From NCBI RefSeq assembly GCF_006345805.1, contig NC_043014.1, forward strand, positions 50,034,001-50,098,000: a DNA stretch of 64,000 bases, in the 5' to 3' direction. Positions 36,356 to 48,360 of the stretch are shown here, one piece after another (the first letter of the stretch is position 1; every line of letters starts with the position of its first letter). Position numbers and translations under genes: made by a program. A model generated the notes under the pieces. It was not told where the DNA came from. It worked only from the letters and a program-made list of their open reading frames with translations, and searched no databases. Source of the stretch: Octopus sinensis. Its lineage: Eukaryota.

Positions 36356-38579
36356 TACACAGAGAGAGGGGGGTATTAGCCTCACAATACCTACGTGAAA
36401 TATTAAAACACTATGTGTGTGTGTGTATATATGTATATATATATATATTAGCGATCTGTATATCAAACTAAAAGCTTTCTAAACAGCAGTATTCATCTCA
36501 AGAAAGTATCTCTTACGGATGTATAGTGTTAAAATTAGACAGAAATAGATCAGCAGCAAGCAAAAATCACCCAGCTCTGTATGTCTAGGAGTTTTCCTGA
36601 GATGAATACCACAGTTCAGAAGGCTTTCAACAGTATATATATGCTTTAAGTATGATATACACAGGTTGCTAATTTGAACTAACACTGTTTCTGTAGCTAG
36701 TAACAAAACTTTATACATACATATATATATCTCACCACCCAAATAAATTAAAAAATCTCCCCACCCAAGTTAATAAGGAACTTACTAGATCTAAGAACTA
36801 AAGTGTAAAATTTATATTATTAAAAAATGAAAAAATAATAAATTAAACTGATTAGAACTACCAGTGAAGTAATTAATTTTCTTTTTTCATATATATATAT
36901 ATCATCATCATCATCATCATTTAGCGTCCGTTTTCCATGGGGTCTGTGAAGCCGGAAGGCTTCATCAGGCCCAGTCAGATTTGGCAGTGTTTCTACGGCT
37001 GGATGCCCTTCCTAACGCCAACCACTCCGTGAGTGTAGTGGGTGCTTTTTACGTGCCACCTGCACAGGTGCCAGACAGAGCTGGCAAATGGCCATGAACG
37101 GATGGTGTTTTTACGTGCCACCGGCACGGGGGCCAGGCGAGGCTGGCAACGGACACGAACGGATGGTGCTTTTACGTGCTACCGGCACGGGGGCCAGGCG
37201 AGGCTGGCAACGGACACGAGCGGATGGTGCTTTTACATGCCAATGGCACGGGGGCCAGGCGAGGCTTGCAACGGCCATGAATGGATGGTGATTTTTTCGT
37301 GCCAACGGCACGGGGGCCAGGCACAGTACATATATGTATGTATATATCTACATATATACACGCACACACACATATATACATACATACATATATATATGAT
37401 AAAAGAAGTATGTATATGTATATCATCATCGTTGTTTAACATCCGCTTTCCATGCTCGCATGGGTTGGACGGTTTGACATTGGGCTGGCAAGCCAGAAGG
37501 CTGTACCAGGCTCCAATCCACAGATGGATGCCCTTCCTAATGCCAACCACTCCAAGAGTGTAGTGGGTGCTTTTTACATGCCACCGGCATGGGGGCCAGT
37601 CAGGCGGTACTGGTATCAACCACAATCAAATTATGCTTTTTATGTGCCACTGGCACAGGACCAGTTAGCCGGCACTGGCATCAATCATGCTCGAATGGTT
37701 TTTTTTTACATGTCACCGGCACGGAAGCCATCAGGCAACACTGGCATCGGCCACACTCGAATGGTGCTTTTAACATACCACCGACACAGGACCAGTCAGG
37801 AGGCACTGGCATTGACCACACTTGAACGGTGCTTTTTAGGTATCACCAGCACAGGACCAATCAGGCAGTACTGTCATTGGCCACGACAACAATTTCACTT
37901 GCCTCAACAAGTCTTCGCAAGCGCAGTTTATTGCCCAATGATTAAAGGGTACTCTTAAATGGACTGGTTATGCTGCACTGGCATAGGCCACGGTTATGGT
38001 CTCACTTGGCTTGCCAAGTCTTCTCAAGTATAGCATGTCTCCAAAGGTCTCAGAGGCCCAAGTTTGAAGGTCATGCACCAGGAAAGCACTCAGTACACGA
38101 TGTAAAGTAAAGCAGCTGGCATCAGGAAGGGCATCCAGCTATAACAACAATGCCAAAACAGATACTGTAGTCCAATGCAGGCCTGCAGCTTGCAGGATCC
38201 TGTCAAAATGTCCCATGCACACCAGCATGGAGAACAAACAGTAAGTGTTCATGATGATGATGATGATGATGATGTGGTGTATGTATGTATGCATGTCTGT
38301 GTGAGTGTGAGTAAATAAGTGTTATTTTCAGTATCCTAAGATGTTGTCAATCTCTCAAGCACCTGGAAGTGGTGTCAGTGAAAACCAGGAACACTAGCAG
38401 ACATGTATTTCTTCAATGTACATATCGATATATTATATACGTATACTTACAAATATACACATACATACATACATATATACATATATTCACAAATGTATTC
38501 ATACACACACATATATTATTATCTGTCTACCTCTCTCTCACTCTATGTATATATATATGTATATATTATAATATTATAC

Positions 38580-38925
38580 GTTAGGCGTTAGGATGGCGTT
38601 AGGAAGGGCATCCAGCTGTAGAAACACTGCCAGATCAGACTGGAGCCTGGTGCAGCCTCCTGCCTTCCCAGACCCCGGTCAAACCGTCCAACCCATGCTA
38701 GCACGGAAAACGGACGTTAAACGATGATGATGATTATATATATATATATGTATATATTATAATATTATACGTTAGGCGTTAGGATGGCGTTAGGAAGGGC
38801 ATCCAGCTGTAGAAACACTGCCAGATCAGACTGGAGCCTGGTGCAGCCTCCTGCCTTCCCAGACCCCGGTCAAACCGTCCAACCCATGCTAGCACGGAAA
38901 ACGGACGTTAAACGATGATGATGAT
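38580..38925. repeat. Perfect 191-bp direct tandem duplication of a family C SINE 3' part plus flank
   Basis: GTTAGGCGTTAGGATGGC starts at 38580 and 38771; the copies appear identical. Confidence 0.9.
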
Positions 38926-38956
<31 letters not shown>

Positions 38957-39505
38957 TAATATATTATTATTAAAATTAGGAAATCAATATCAAAACTCCT
39001 CAGAAAGATATACACGTGTAAAAAATAATTGTATTAAAAATATATAAATAAATCAATATAAATATGTATAAAAATATATGTAAATATGTATAAGCATAAA
39101 TATATATATATAATATATATATATATATGTTCGAAGGTTATAATGGACACAGTTTGTGTGTCAAATAGCTAGCTTAAGGCGATGGCCTCATGGAGCTAAT
39201 CAGCGACAGCTTTAGTCTTATATCTATAAGACTGCCATATTAATATGGCGATAACAATTAATTTCCAGTAACGCTGCTGTAATCTCTTTTAGAGAGACTT
39301 AGTAATTTTAATATTTCTATTATATATATATATATGTATATATGACAGTTTAAAAGTTTTGAATTACGATCGTTTATAGACAATATATATTATATATGTA
39401 TGTATATATTATAGACAATATAATATATATGTATGTATATATATACAGAATAACAGGCATATATACACACATTCACATTTGCCAATATTTCTTCTGTGTT
39501 TTAAG

Positions 39506-39720
39506 ACTGCCAAACCTGCCACTATCTGCATTGTCACGTTCTGAAGACAGAGTCCACCCTCAAGTAACAGTAAAAGTCACCCAATCTTCCATAAGGACAG
39601 CTAACCCAGCTGCCGCTCAGGGGGAAGGCCCCTTACCAACTCGAGCAAAGAACAGTAGATTACCAAACATCCCAGGAAAATCTGAACACCCCTATGTTAA
39701 TACTTCTACAACACATGCCG
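39506..39720 (+). CDS. IgSF receptor exon E: cytoplasmic, contains HPYVNT
   Basis: Acceptor tttcttctgtgttttaAG, donor G|GTATGT, 215 nt, phase 2-1. Open frame RLPNLPLSALSRSED...PGKSEHPYVNTSTTHA in non-repetitive sequence. Confidence 0.82.
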
Positions 39721-39872
39721 GTATGTACTGCCTTGTCTTTTTCAATTTATCAACCCCGAAAGGATGAAAGGTAAAGTCGACCTTAGCGGAATTTGAACTC
39801 AGAATGTAGCGATGGGTGAAATACTGCTGAGCATTTCGTCCGGTGTGCTAATATATGATAATAATAATAATA

Positions 39873-40420
39873 ATGAAAGTATTGTATACAGTGCTCAGGT
39901 GCACCACAACTTGTCAAAAGTGCGTATAAAGCACATGCAGTAATGTAAAAAAGTCTGGGAAGTGAACAATGTATGAGTCAGATACATGCTTGTGTGTGTA
40001 TGGAGGGGAGAAAATCAGGTGTAGTGTTGGCGAATCTCAGGAAGCATGGAAGTTTTGAAGGATGCAGTGCTCCGACAACTAACAACTGATGCCGGCAGTT
40101 TGTTCCATGCTTCAGCAACTCTCAGCGTGAAAAAATGCTTACATTTGTCCACAGCCAGCTTGAATTGCCAGTCCATGATCCACTGCTGCATTGCGTCCAG
40201 GTCTGCTTGCAATAGAGATCTATAGTGTACAGGATTTGACCTCTTTATTTTGAGGTACAGCTTGATGTCATCTGCATATTTCAGCACTGTGGCATTCTTT
40301 AAGTTGGCATCTATGTCATTAACATATGCAACAAATAAAAGGGCCAAGAACAGATCCCTGTGGTACACCAGATGTCATCTAATAGGGCAAAGAGTGCTGT
40401 CCTAGAACTGTGATGATAAG
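39873..40420 (-). mobile_element. CR1-clade LINE with RT fragment and internal deletion
   Basis: SGVPQGSVLG, LKYADDIKLY, then a jump to KHFFTLRVAEAWNKLP; 3' UTR matches 28640-28978. Confidence 0.9.
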
Positions 40421-40633
40421 TACAAGACTTTAGATCTGAGTGAGAATAGAATTGATTCAAAAGACTCTATATTTGACTGGTACTTCCTTTAGTTCACTTT
40501 GGCTGATTTTGCTGTGATTTGAACTCAGAACATTAAGTATCATAACTAAATACTGCAAAATATTTTATCTGTCCCTCAAAGGATTATGACAACCCACTTT
40601 ATACTTAAATGGATATTACTACCAAACTTTGTT

Positions 40634-40985
40634 CCAGGCCATTAGAGGAACCAAAGAGAACCACAAGTGTTCCAGGCTGTAAGAGAACCTACAGAGAATC
40701 ACAAGTATCCCTGGCTGTACGAGGAACCATAGAGAGCCTCAGGTAACCTAAGCTATAAGAGGAACCACAGAGAGCCACAAGTGACCCAGACCATAAGAGG
40801 AGCTACAGAAATCCACAAATGACTCAGGCCATAAGAGGATCCACAGAAATCCAAAAGAGTTCCAGGCCATAAAAGAATTCACAGAACCACAAGTGACCCA
40901 GGTCACAAGAACACCAACAAGTGCTCTGGGCCATAATAGGAACCACAGAGAGTCACAGGTGTTCCACGCCATAAGGGTCCTCAAG
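40634..40985. repeat. Diverged 38-bp minisatellite (~9 units)
   Basis: Consensus CCAGGCCATAAGAGGAACCACAGAGAGCCACAAGTGTT; units start at 40634, 40672, 40710 and onward. Confidence 0.88.
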
Positions 40986-41109
40986 GGTAACACAATTCAT
41001 GCATGATAAGTCCCATTTAGAAATCACTCTCAGACATGATACAAATCTACACAACTGGATCTGAAGGTAAGGCAATCAAGGAGAGGGCCATTGTTTATAT
41101 CTGTCCATA

Positions 41110-41528
41110 TTAACCCTTTCGTTACTGTATTTATTTTGAGATGATAACTTAGTTATCATTCAGCTAATGTTAGGAACATAAATTGTGACTAAGGTTTGGT
41201 GGAAGATTTTAATTCAAAACTTATGAAAACAAGACATTTGTACAACAGAGCCAGAGCCAGTTTTTCAGCCAGGGTGGTATCAAAAGGGTTAAGAATTGTT
41301 TCTCTATTATATATTTTAACCCTTTTGTTACAGTATTTATTTTGAGATGTTCTGTGCTTCTTTCAATTACTTTGATTATAACAAAGAATTTAGTAAAATA
41401 AGCTAGTGTTAGTAACATAAATTGTGACTAAGGTTTGGTGGAAGATTTTAATTCAAAACTTAGGAAAACAAGACATTTGTACTCAGAGCCAGAGCTGGTT
41501 TCAGCCAGGTTGGTAATGAAAGGGGTAA
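41110..41528. mobile_element. Two tandem piggyBac-like MITEs (41114-41288, 41320-41524)
   Basis: TTAA|CCCTTT...AAAGGG|TTAA termini; an isolated end also at ~28985-29033. Confidence 0.7.
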
Positions 41529-41645
41529 TCCTAACTCATTAATCCTGTCCTTTTTAGGTGAAGTGGACAAAGCACAACCTCAGTGACTGCCATCAATACA
41601 TTTCTCTATCTCCGTTTAATTGTTTTCTATTTTCTTCTTTTGTAG

Positions 41646-41693
41646 ATTATTTAGAATTGGTGGATGAAAATTGCAGTGACGACAAGTCAGAAG
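41646..41693 (+). CDS. IgSF receptor exon F: cytoplasmic, DYLELVDENCSDDKSE
   Basis: Long polypyrimidine acceptor ttgttttctattttcttcttttgtAG, donor AAG|GTTGGT, 48 nt, phase 1-1. Confidence 0.75.
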
Positions 41694-42835
41694 GTTGGTA
41701 CATTCCTTATCAACAATTTCATTTGGGAGATTTCTCTTTTATACTCTTTCACTTGTTTCAGTCATTTATTTGACTGTGGCCATACTGGAGCACCGCCTTT
41801 CGTCAAGCAAATCGACCCCAGGACTTATTCTTTTGAAGCCTAGTACTTATTCTATCAGTGTCTTGTGCCAAACCACTAAGTTACGGGGACATAAACACAC
41901 CACCATCAGTTGTCAAGCGATGTTGGGGGGAACAAACACAGACTCACAAACATATACACACACGACGAGCTTCTTTCAGTTTCCGTCTACTAAATAAGTC
42001 CTGGGGTCGATTTGTTCTACTAAAAAGCAGTGCTTCAGTATGGCAGCAGTCAAATGACTGAAAGAAATGAAAGAATAAAAGAATAGTCATGAGTTTAATG
42101 AAACACATACACACTCACACACACACATATATATATACGCATATACCTACGTATATACATATGTACTCACTCACATGTTTGTACACACACCCACACACAT
42201 GTAGAGCTAGGTGTAATCCTCTGGCTTGCCAGCTCCTGTCCAGCAGTCCAACGAAAAGCCAGTGAGGAAAACAGATGATGATGATGATGATGATGTGTGT
42301 ATTAATTAGTCATTTAGTGAAATACATTAACACCAGCATCAAACCTGAAAAGGGTTTTTCCAATATAAAAATTTCCCTGTGTGTGTGTGAATTATGGAAA
42401 CCAATCCTTGACTCTTTAACTGTTTAAAATTTCAGAGAAATAATGACATGCCTATTAAAACCAGAACGAAAAAGGCCGGAAATAATTTGTTTATAATGGT
42501 GGGGATTTTTGTTATGTAAGTTATAAATAATTGTGTGTAAATATTTGCTAGAAAAAATAGAAACAGCTTTCAACTGCTTTTTTACTCAATAGTTCCTGGT
42601 TTAGCTCCAGTGCATGGCACCTTGGGCAAGTGTCTTCTACTATAGCCTTGGCCCAAGCAAAGCCTTGTGAGTGAATTTGGTAGATGGAAACTGAAAGAAG
42701 CCTGTTATGTGTGTATGTGTGTGTGTGTATATGTGTCCATGTGTGTGTATACATATATATGTGTGTGTGTGTATATATATATATATGTGTGTATATATAT
42801 ATATGTATATATACATGTGTCCATGTGTGTGTGTG

Positions 42836-42866
<31 letters not shown>

Positions 42867-43120
42867 ATATATATATATGTGTGTGTCCATGTGTATGTGT
42901 GTGTGTCTTTGTCCCCCACCACTGCTTAACAACTGGTGTTGGTGTTTACGTCCCCGTTACTTAGCAGTTCGGCAAAAGAGACCAATAGACACTTGCCCAA
43001 GATGCCATGCAGTGGGACTGAACCAGGAACCATGTGGTTCGTAAGCAAGCCACTTACCACACAGCCACTCCTATGCCTATATATATATATATGTTTTTTT
43101 TTTTTTTACCCTACTTGTAG

Positions 43121-43206
43121 ATTTACTATACGAAGAACCAGGAGAGAGCTGTTTCCGACTGACAGAACCAGCACGAAAGTCATCCAGCAGCACACTTCTG
43201 CCGTAA
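43121..43206 (+). CDS. IgSF receptor terminal coding exon G: DLLYEEPGESCFRLTEPARKSSSSTLLP-stop
   Basis: Acceptor tttttttaccctacttgtAG, phase 1, TAA at 43204-43206. Exons A-G total 1103 nt (2 nt plus 367 codons). Confidence 0.75.
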
Positions 43207-43417
43207 CCTGATGTTTAACGGTGATAGCCATGTTCTTGGCAAGCACATGACGCCTGCAATTATCATACGGACAAAAGAGATGTGTGACAGCTATATGGTT
43301 TTGTATTATAGTTATTTGTGATGTGTGTCATGGAAAGAACGGAGAAGTCAGAGATGACAGAAGGAAATAACTCTTCTCATATATGTGTGCATGTTTATAT
43401 ATACTTATAGTGTGTAT

Positions 43418-43450
<33 letters not shown>

Positions 43451-43492
43451 CAGATACATATATATCTATATAGATACATATATATATATATA

Positions 43493-43529
<37 letters not shown>

Positions 43530-43764
43530 GTATGATATGTCACCAGGCAATGAGGTGACAGGTTGGCAGTTCGTTTCCTAGCACCGACACTAACCCCCTT
43601 GAAGCAAAGTTGAAAATCTTCAATGAGAACAATTGATGTTTCTGTGTGTGTGTGTGTGTGTGGTGTGTGTGTGCTGTGTGTGTGTGTGTGTGAGAGAGTA
43701 TTTATATATAGAAATATAAACGAATCTACACATTCATGTATATTATATTATATTTGTTCACAGA

Positions 43765-43770
43765 AATAAA
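43765..43770 (+). terminator. Candidate polyadenylation signal for the IgSF gene
   Basis: First AATAAA I found after the stop codon; position only, and the motif is common in AT-rich DNA. Confidence 0.2.
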
Positions 43771-44067
43771 AGAACATATACATACATATATATAATATAT
43801 ATATATATATATAACTTATTTGTTAATACAAATTTGGTATGTGTGTGTTGCATGCCATAACTTCATAAATGAAAAAGTGCATGATAAATAAACAAACAAA
43901 TACTGAGTGTACAACCAGACGGGAGACAAACACAAAAGGTCATTAAAGGTGTGAAACTGAGTGTTAACAATTGGTTGATAACCGATGAAGAATTAGGAAC
44001 CTTTTGAGTTTGACTCCCGTCCAGTTGTACACTCGGTATGTTTACCATACATTTTCTCATTTATTAC

Positions 44068-44108
<41 letters not shown>

Positions 44109-44161
44109 TGTATATATATAGGTGAGAAAGTTGGTGTGTGAAAGCACGTGGTTGGATATAT

Positions 44162-44483
44162 AGAAAATAGAAAAGAGTGAAAAAACTACAGAAGGCTTGT
44201 TTTATAAGGTTAAAGAATATATTTAAGTCGTTATGTTAGAAAAATGTTATAAAATTTTGTATATAGTAACATAGTTTTTGGAGAAATTACCGGTTTCATG
44301 TCATGACACGATGTAGGTAAAGACATTTGAGAAATTTGAAAAGTTTACACGAAACCGGTAATTTCTCCAAAAACTATATTACTATATGCAAAATTTTATA
44401 ACATTTTTCTAACATAACGACTTAAATATATTCTTTAACCTTATAAAACAAGCCTTCTGTAGTTTTTTTCACTTTTTTTCTAT

Positions 44484-44488
<5 letters not shown>
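44162..44488. mobile_element. PLE-like inverted repeat (~140-bp arms) containing the U3-A8 hammerhead
   Basis: 44162-44301 is the reverse complement of 44347-44488 with few mismatches. Confidence 0.65.
44329..44367 (+). ncRNA. Minimal type I hammerhead with U3-A8 core variant
   Basis: GAGAAAU-UUGAAAA-GU(UUAC)AC-GAAACCGGUA-AUUUCUC: perfect 7-bp stem I, palindromic ACCGGU stem III, GUA triplet. Confidence 0.7.
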
Positions 44489-44519
<31 letters not shown>

Positions 44520-44533
44520 AATGTATATACATA

Positions 44534-45410
44534 CGAGGTCTCATCAATAAGCATCTGAACTGTTGCCATAGTAACAAAGCTGAAGTATGCAGAGTGAAGC
44601 CATTTAGCAAAGATTAGCCTTCATCTCTGCTGTGCATGTGCACTAAGTTTTAATGTTTTAACTCTCTTCTGCTGTTTACAGCAGTGCTTAGAAAGAACTT
44701 GTGTGGTGTGTGATCGTTGTATTGGCCTTGACAGAGAAAGTTGTCATGGCAATACCGGCTCAGAGGCCCATGCAAAGTTGTAGAAGGTGCATGGAGAAGG
44801 GTGTATGATCCGCACACAAGTGTACGAGTGGTTCAGACGTTTCCAAGAGGGCCCAAAAATTTCAATATTGATGTATGTTCTGGGAGATCCATAAGCAGCT
44901 GAATTGAGAAAGACATTGCAAATGTGCAGGCGGCTATGAGGGGAAATCATTGGATCACCATCCGTGAGTTACCAGAGGATGTGCAGATTAGTTACGGTTC
45001 AGTTCAGTTCATTATCAGGGAAGATTTGGGGATGAGACAAGTGTCTGCCAAATTTGTGCAAAAACTGCTTTCAGCCGACCAAAAAGACACTCAGATTTCA
45101 GTTGCACAAGATCTCCTTAGTTGTGTTGAGAACAATAAAAAATTTTTGAAAAGCTTGTGTAGGCCTTTGAGCAGGTATCGCTAAACTTTTGGTAAGATTT
45201 GATGCAGATTCTCTGCTCAACTTTCTCTGTTATGCTCAATGCAACAATCACATGCTACACACCTTCCTTTCAAGCACTGCCGTAAACAGCAGAAGTGAGC
45301 TAGAACGTTAAAACTTAGTTCAAGGTCAACCTGTGCCAAGTGGCTTTACTCTACCGGCTTTTATTTTTGTTACTGTGGCAATAGTCCGGATACTTCTTGA
45401 TCAGACAACA
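44534..45410 (+). mobile_element. Truncated mariner transposon (N-terminal HTH region)
   Basis: TIRs CGAGGTCTCATCAATAAGCATCTGAACTGTTGCC / GGCAATAGTCCGGATACTTCTTGATCAGAC; peptides VYEWFRRFQEG, ITIREL, LGMRQVSAKFVQKLL. Confidence 0.88.
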
Positions 45411-45444
45411 TATATATACACACACACACACACAAATATTCATG

Positions 45445-45848
45445 TTACTCTTTTACTTGTTTCAGTGATTTGACTGCGGCCATGCTGGAGCACCACCTTT
45501 AATCAAGCAACTTGACCCCAGTACTTATTCTTTGTAAGCCCAGTACTTATTCTATCGGTCTCTTTTGCCGAACCGCTAAGTGACGGGGACATAAACACAC
45601 CAGCATCGGTTGTCAAGCAATGCTAGGGGGACAAACACAGAATCACAAACATACACACACACACACATATATATATATACATATATACGACAGGCTTCTT
45701 TCAGTTTCCGTCTACCAAATCCACTCACAAAGCTTTGGTCAGCCCGAGGCTATAGTAGAAGACACTTGCACAAGATGCCACACAGTGGGACTGAACCCGG
45801 AACCATGTGGTTGGTAAGCAAGCTACTTACCACACAGCCACTCCTGCG
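45445..45848 (-). mobile_element. Family B SINE, near full-length
   Basis: Reverse complement of the family B consensus. Confidence 0.85.
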
Positions 45849-46791
45849 CTCTGCAAAGAGAATGGCCTACAAAACCCCAAAATCCCACCTCAATAGAATC
45901 ACTTTGCTACAATGAATAATATCAAGAAATATGGCATCCATATAATAAAAAAAGCACTATAATGATTAGCAATAATATATATATATATATACACACGTTT
46001 TATTTATATATACATTTGTGTGTGTTGGAGAGTGAGGTTAAAACAGTTGTCATTTTTCACTTGCAATCTCGGAGTTTGTGTGTGTGTGTGTGCGCGTATG
46101 TTCCTTATGGATTTGAAAACTGAATTGCCGATTTTGACGCATGAGGTATCAAAAGATTCGGTAATCTTTCGGCTACCAAATAAAGTATGTTTTTTGCACA
46201 ACATCTCTTTTTTACTACAAATATGACCTGGAAAACAACCTCAGCTCACACAATTTTGAGGTCTTTCGCTAAGGGAGGCAACTCTGCCAGACACACTATT
46301 TGATTTATCAACAAATGTAAACACACACAGATTAAGTGCAACAATGAGTGTGTGGTTGAGAAGTTTTTTTTGGGGGGGGGGGACCACACACACACAGACA
46401 TATATATATATATTATATATATTATATATATATATACACATACATATATATATATATACATATGATATATATATATACACATGCATACACATATATACAT
46501 ATGCATACACATATATATACATATGCATACACATATATATATACACATACATATATATATACACATATATATATACATATACATACATATATACACATAC
46601 ATATATATATATATACATATACATACATATATACACATACATAAATACATATATACATACGTATATATATTTATATATACATACACACACACATATACAT
46701 GCATACATACATATATACACATATATATATATACACATACATACATCTATACATATATATATGTATATATATATATATATATCTACATACG

Positions 46792-46829
<38 letters not shown>

Positions 46830-46987
46830 TACATATGCACACATATACATACATATACACACACACACACACACGCACATACAAATGCTCACATGTACAT
46901 ACATACATAATAATAGCAGATATTATAAATGTTGCTTGACTGATTTCTCAAGTCTTGCTTTACATTGTACAAAGAAGGAATGAAAAC

Positions 46988-47018
<31 letters not shown>

Positions 47019-48193
47019 AAGAGAGACAGATCGAGTTTTAACATAAGATGTTCCGGATGACTGCACATACTTAAGACACTGAGACAGGTAATGAGTAAAG
47101 GAATGTTACACATAAACACAGAGTAAGGAAGAATCATGGAAACAAAGGATGGGGGTGCGGCGGGGGGGGGGGGAGGAAATGATAGAGTAGTTGGCTAGAG
47201 CTGTAGAACATTTCTGGTATGGTTAATATTTACTGTAATGAATATTTCCCTTTGATGCCTTTCAAGTAAGCTGTTCGTTAGCAGAGTAAGTTTTTTTTTT
47301 TGCATTAATCATTAAGGTACTTGTTAGGTTAGGAATTTCTCAGCTAATTCATTTGAAACGAATACATCATCGCAATTACTCCGATTCATTTCGTCTTTCC
47401 AGACATCATCCGATGATGTACCTGGACACACCATCGGTGAGGTTTCCTGGGGTCATAAGGTTTCCTGGGGGTCCTTCAATATCAGATGCCCTTCACCAGG
47501 TGACTCTGAATAGATTAAGCCCTAGCTGGTGTCTCCCTAGTTACACTGCACCTTCTGATCCACAGGGGTAACCTCTACTGCCTCCACAGCCAACCAGAGG
47601 GCCATCTGCCTACTGACCCCAGCAATGCTAAGCAGTGCAAGCTCTCTTTTTTTCTTTTATTTTTTTTAGTCATTTGACTGCGGCCATACTGGAGCACTGC
47701 TTCAGTCGAGCAAATCGACCCCAGGACTTATTCTTTGTAAGCCTAGTACTTATTCTATCGGTCTCTTTTGCCGAACCGCTAGATTATGGGGACGTAAACA
47801 CAGACAAATGATGTTGGGTGGGGGGGACAAACACAGACACACATACATATATATGACAGGCTTCTTTCAATTTCCGTCTACCAAATCCACTCACAAGGCA
47901 TTGGTCGGCCCGGGCTATAGCAGAAGACACTTGCCCAAGGTGCCACACAGTCGGACTGAACCCGGAATCATGTGGTTGGTTAGCAAGCTACTTACCACAC
48001 AGCCACTCCTGTACCTTTGTACATATATACACAAAGGCACCACATGAGCACCTACATCGCTAAAATAGAAGTCAAAAATACTTCTGTACCACCAAATAGT
48101 CACAAATCCATTAGAGACGTGATAGGAAAAAATATCAGTGAACAATAATAACGTCTTACCTCTACTGGGTCAGAACAAGTAAATGCTGGTCAA

Positions 48194-48251
48194 TCCAGTA
48201 CCAGTTTCGAAATTTAGCGCCAAATAGGTGCCTGATTTCTCATCAGCCAAA
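48194..48251 (-). ncRNA. Type I hammerhead ribozyme candidate
   Basis: Minus strand UUUGG-CUGAUGA-GAAAU...AUUUC-GAAAC-UG-GUA-CUGGA. Core and 5-bp stem II are perfect; stem I has 5 pairs, 3 of them G-U. Confidence 0.65.
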
Positions 48252-48360
48252 GTCTGCCAGCTAATTACTACTAAAAGTCTCCCCCTTGCCTGTACGGCTG
48301 ATAATTCATTTGCCACTCATGATGGTATTTTAATAATACCATCCCTATATAAATATATGT

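Noticed and set aside
36945-36970. CUGAUGA plus hairpin on the minus strand of a family C SINE
   Set aside because: No GAAA after the stem.
40748-40993. Hydrophobic minus-strand ORF
   Set aside because: Lies in a 38-bp repeat whose period is not a multiple of three.
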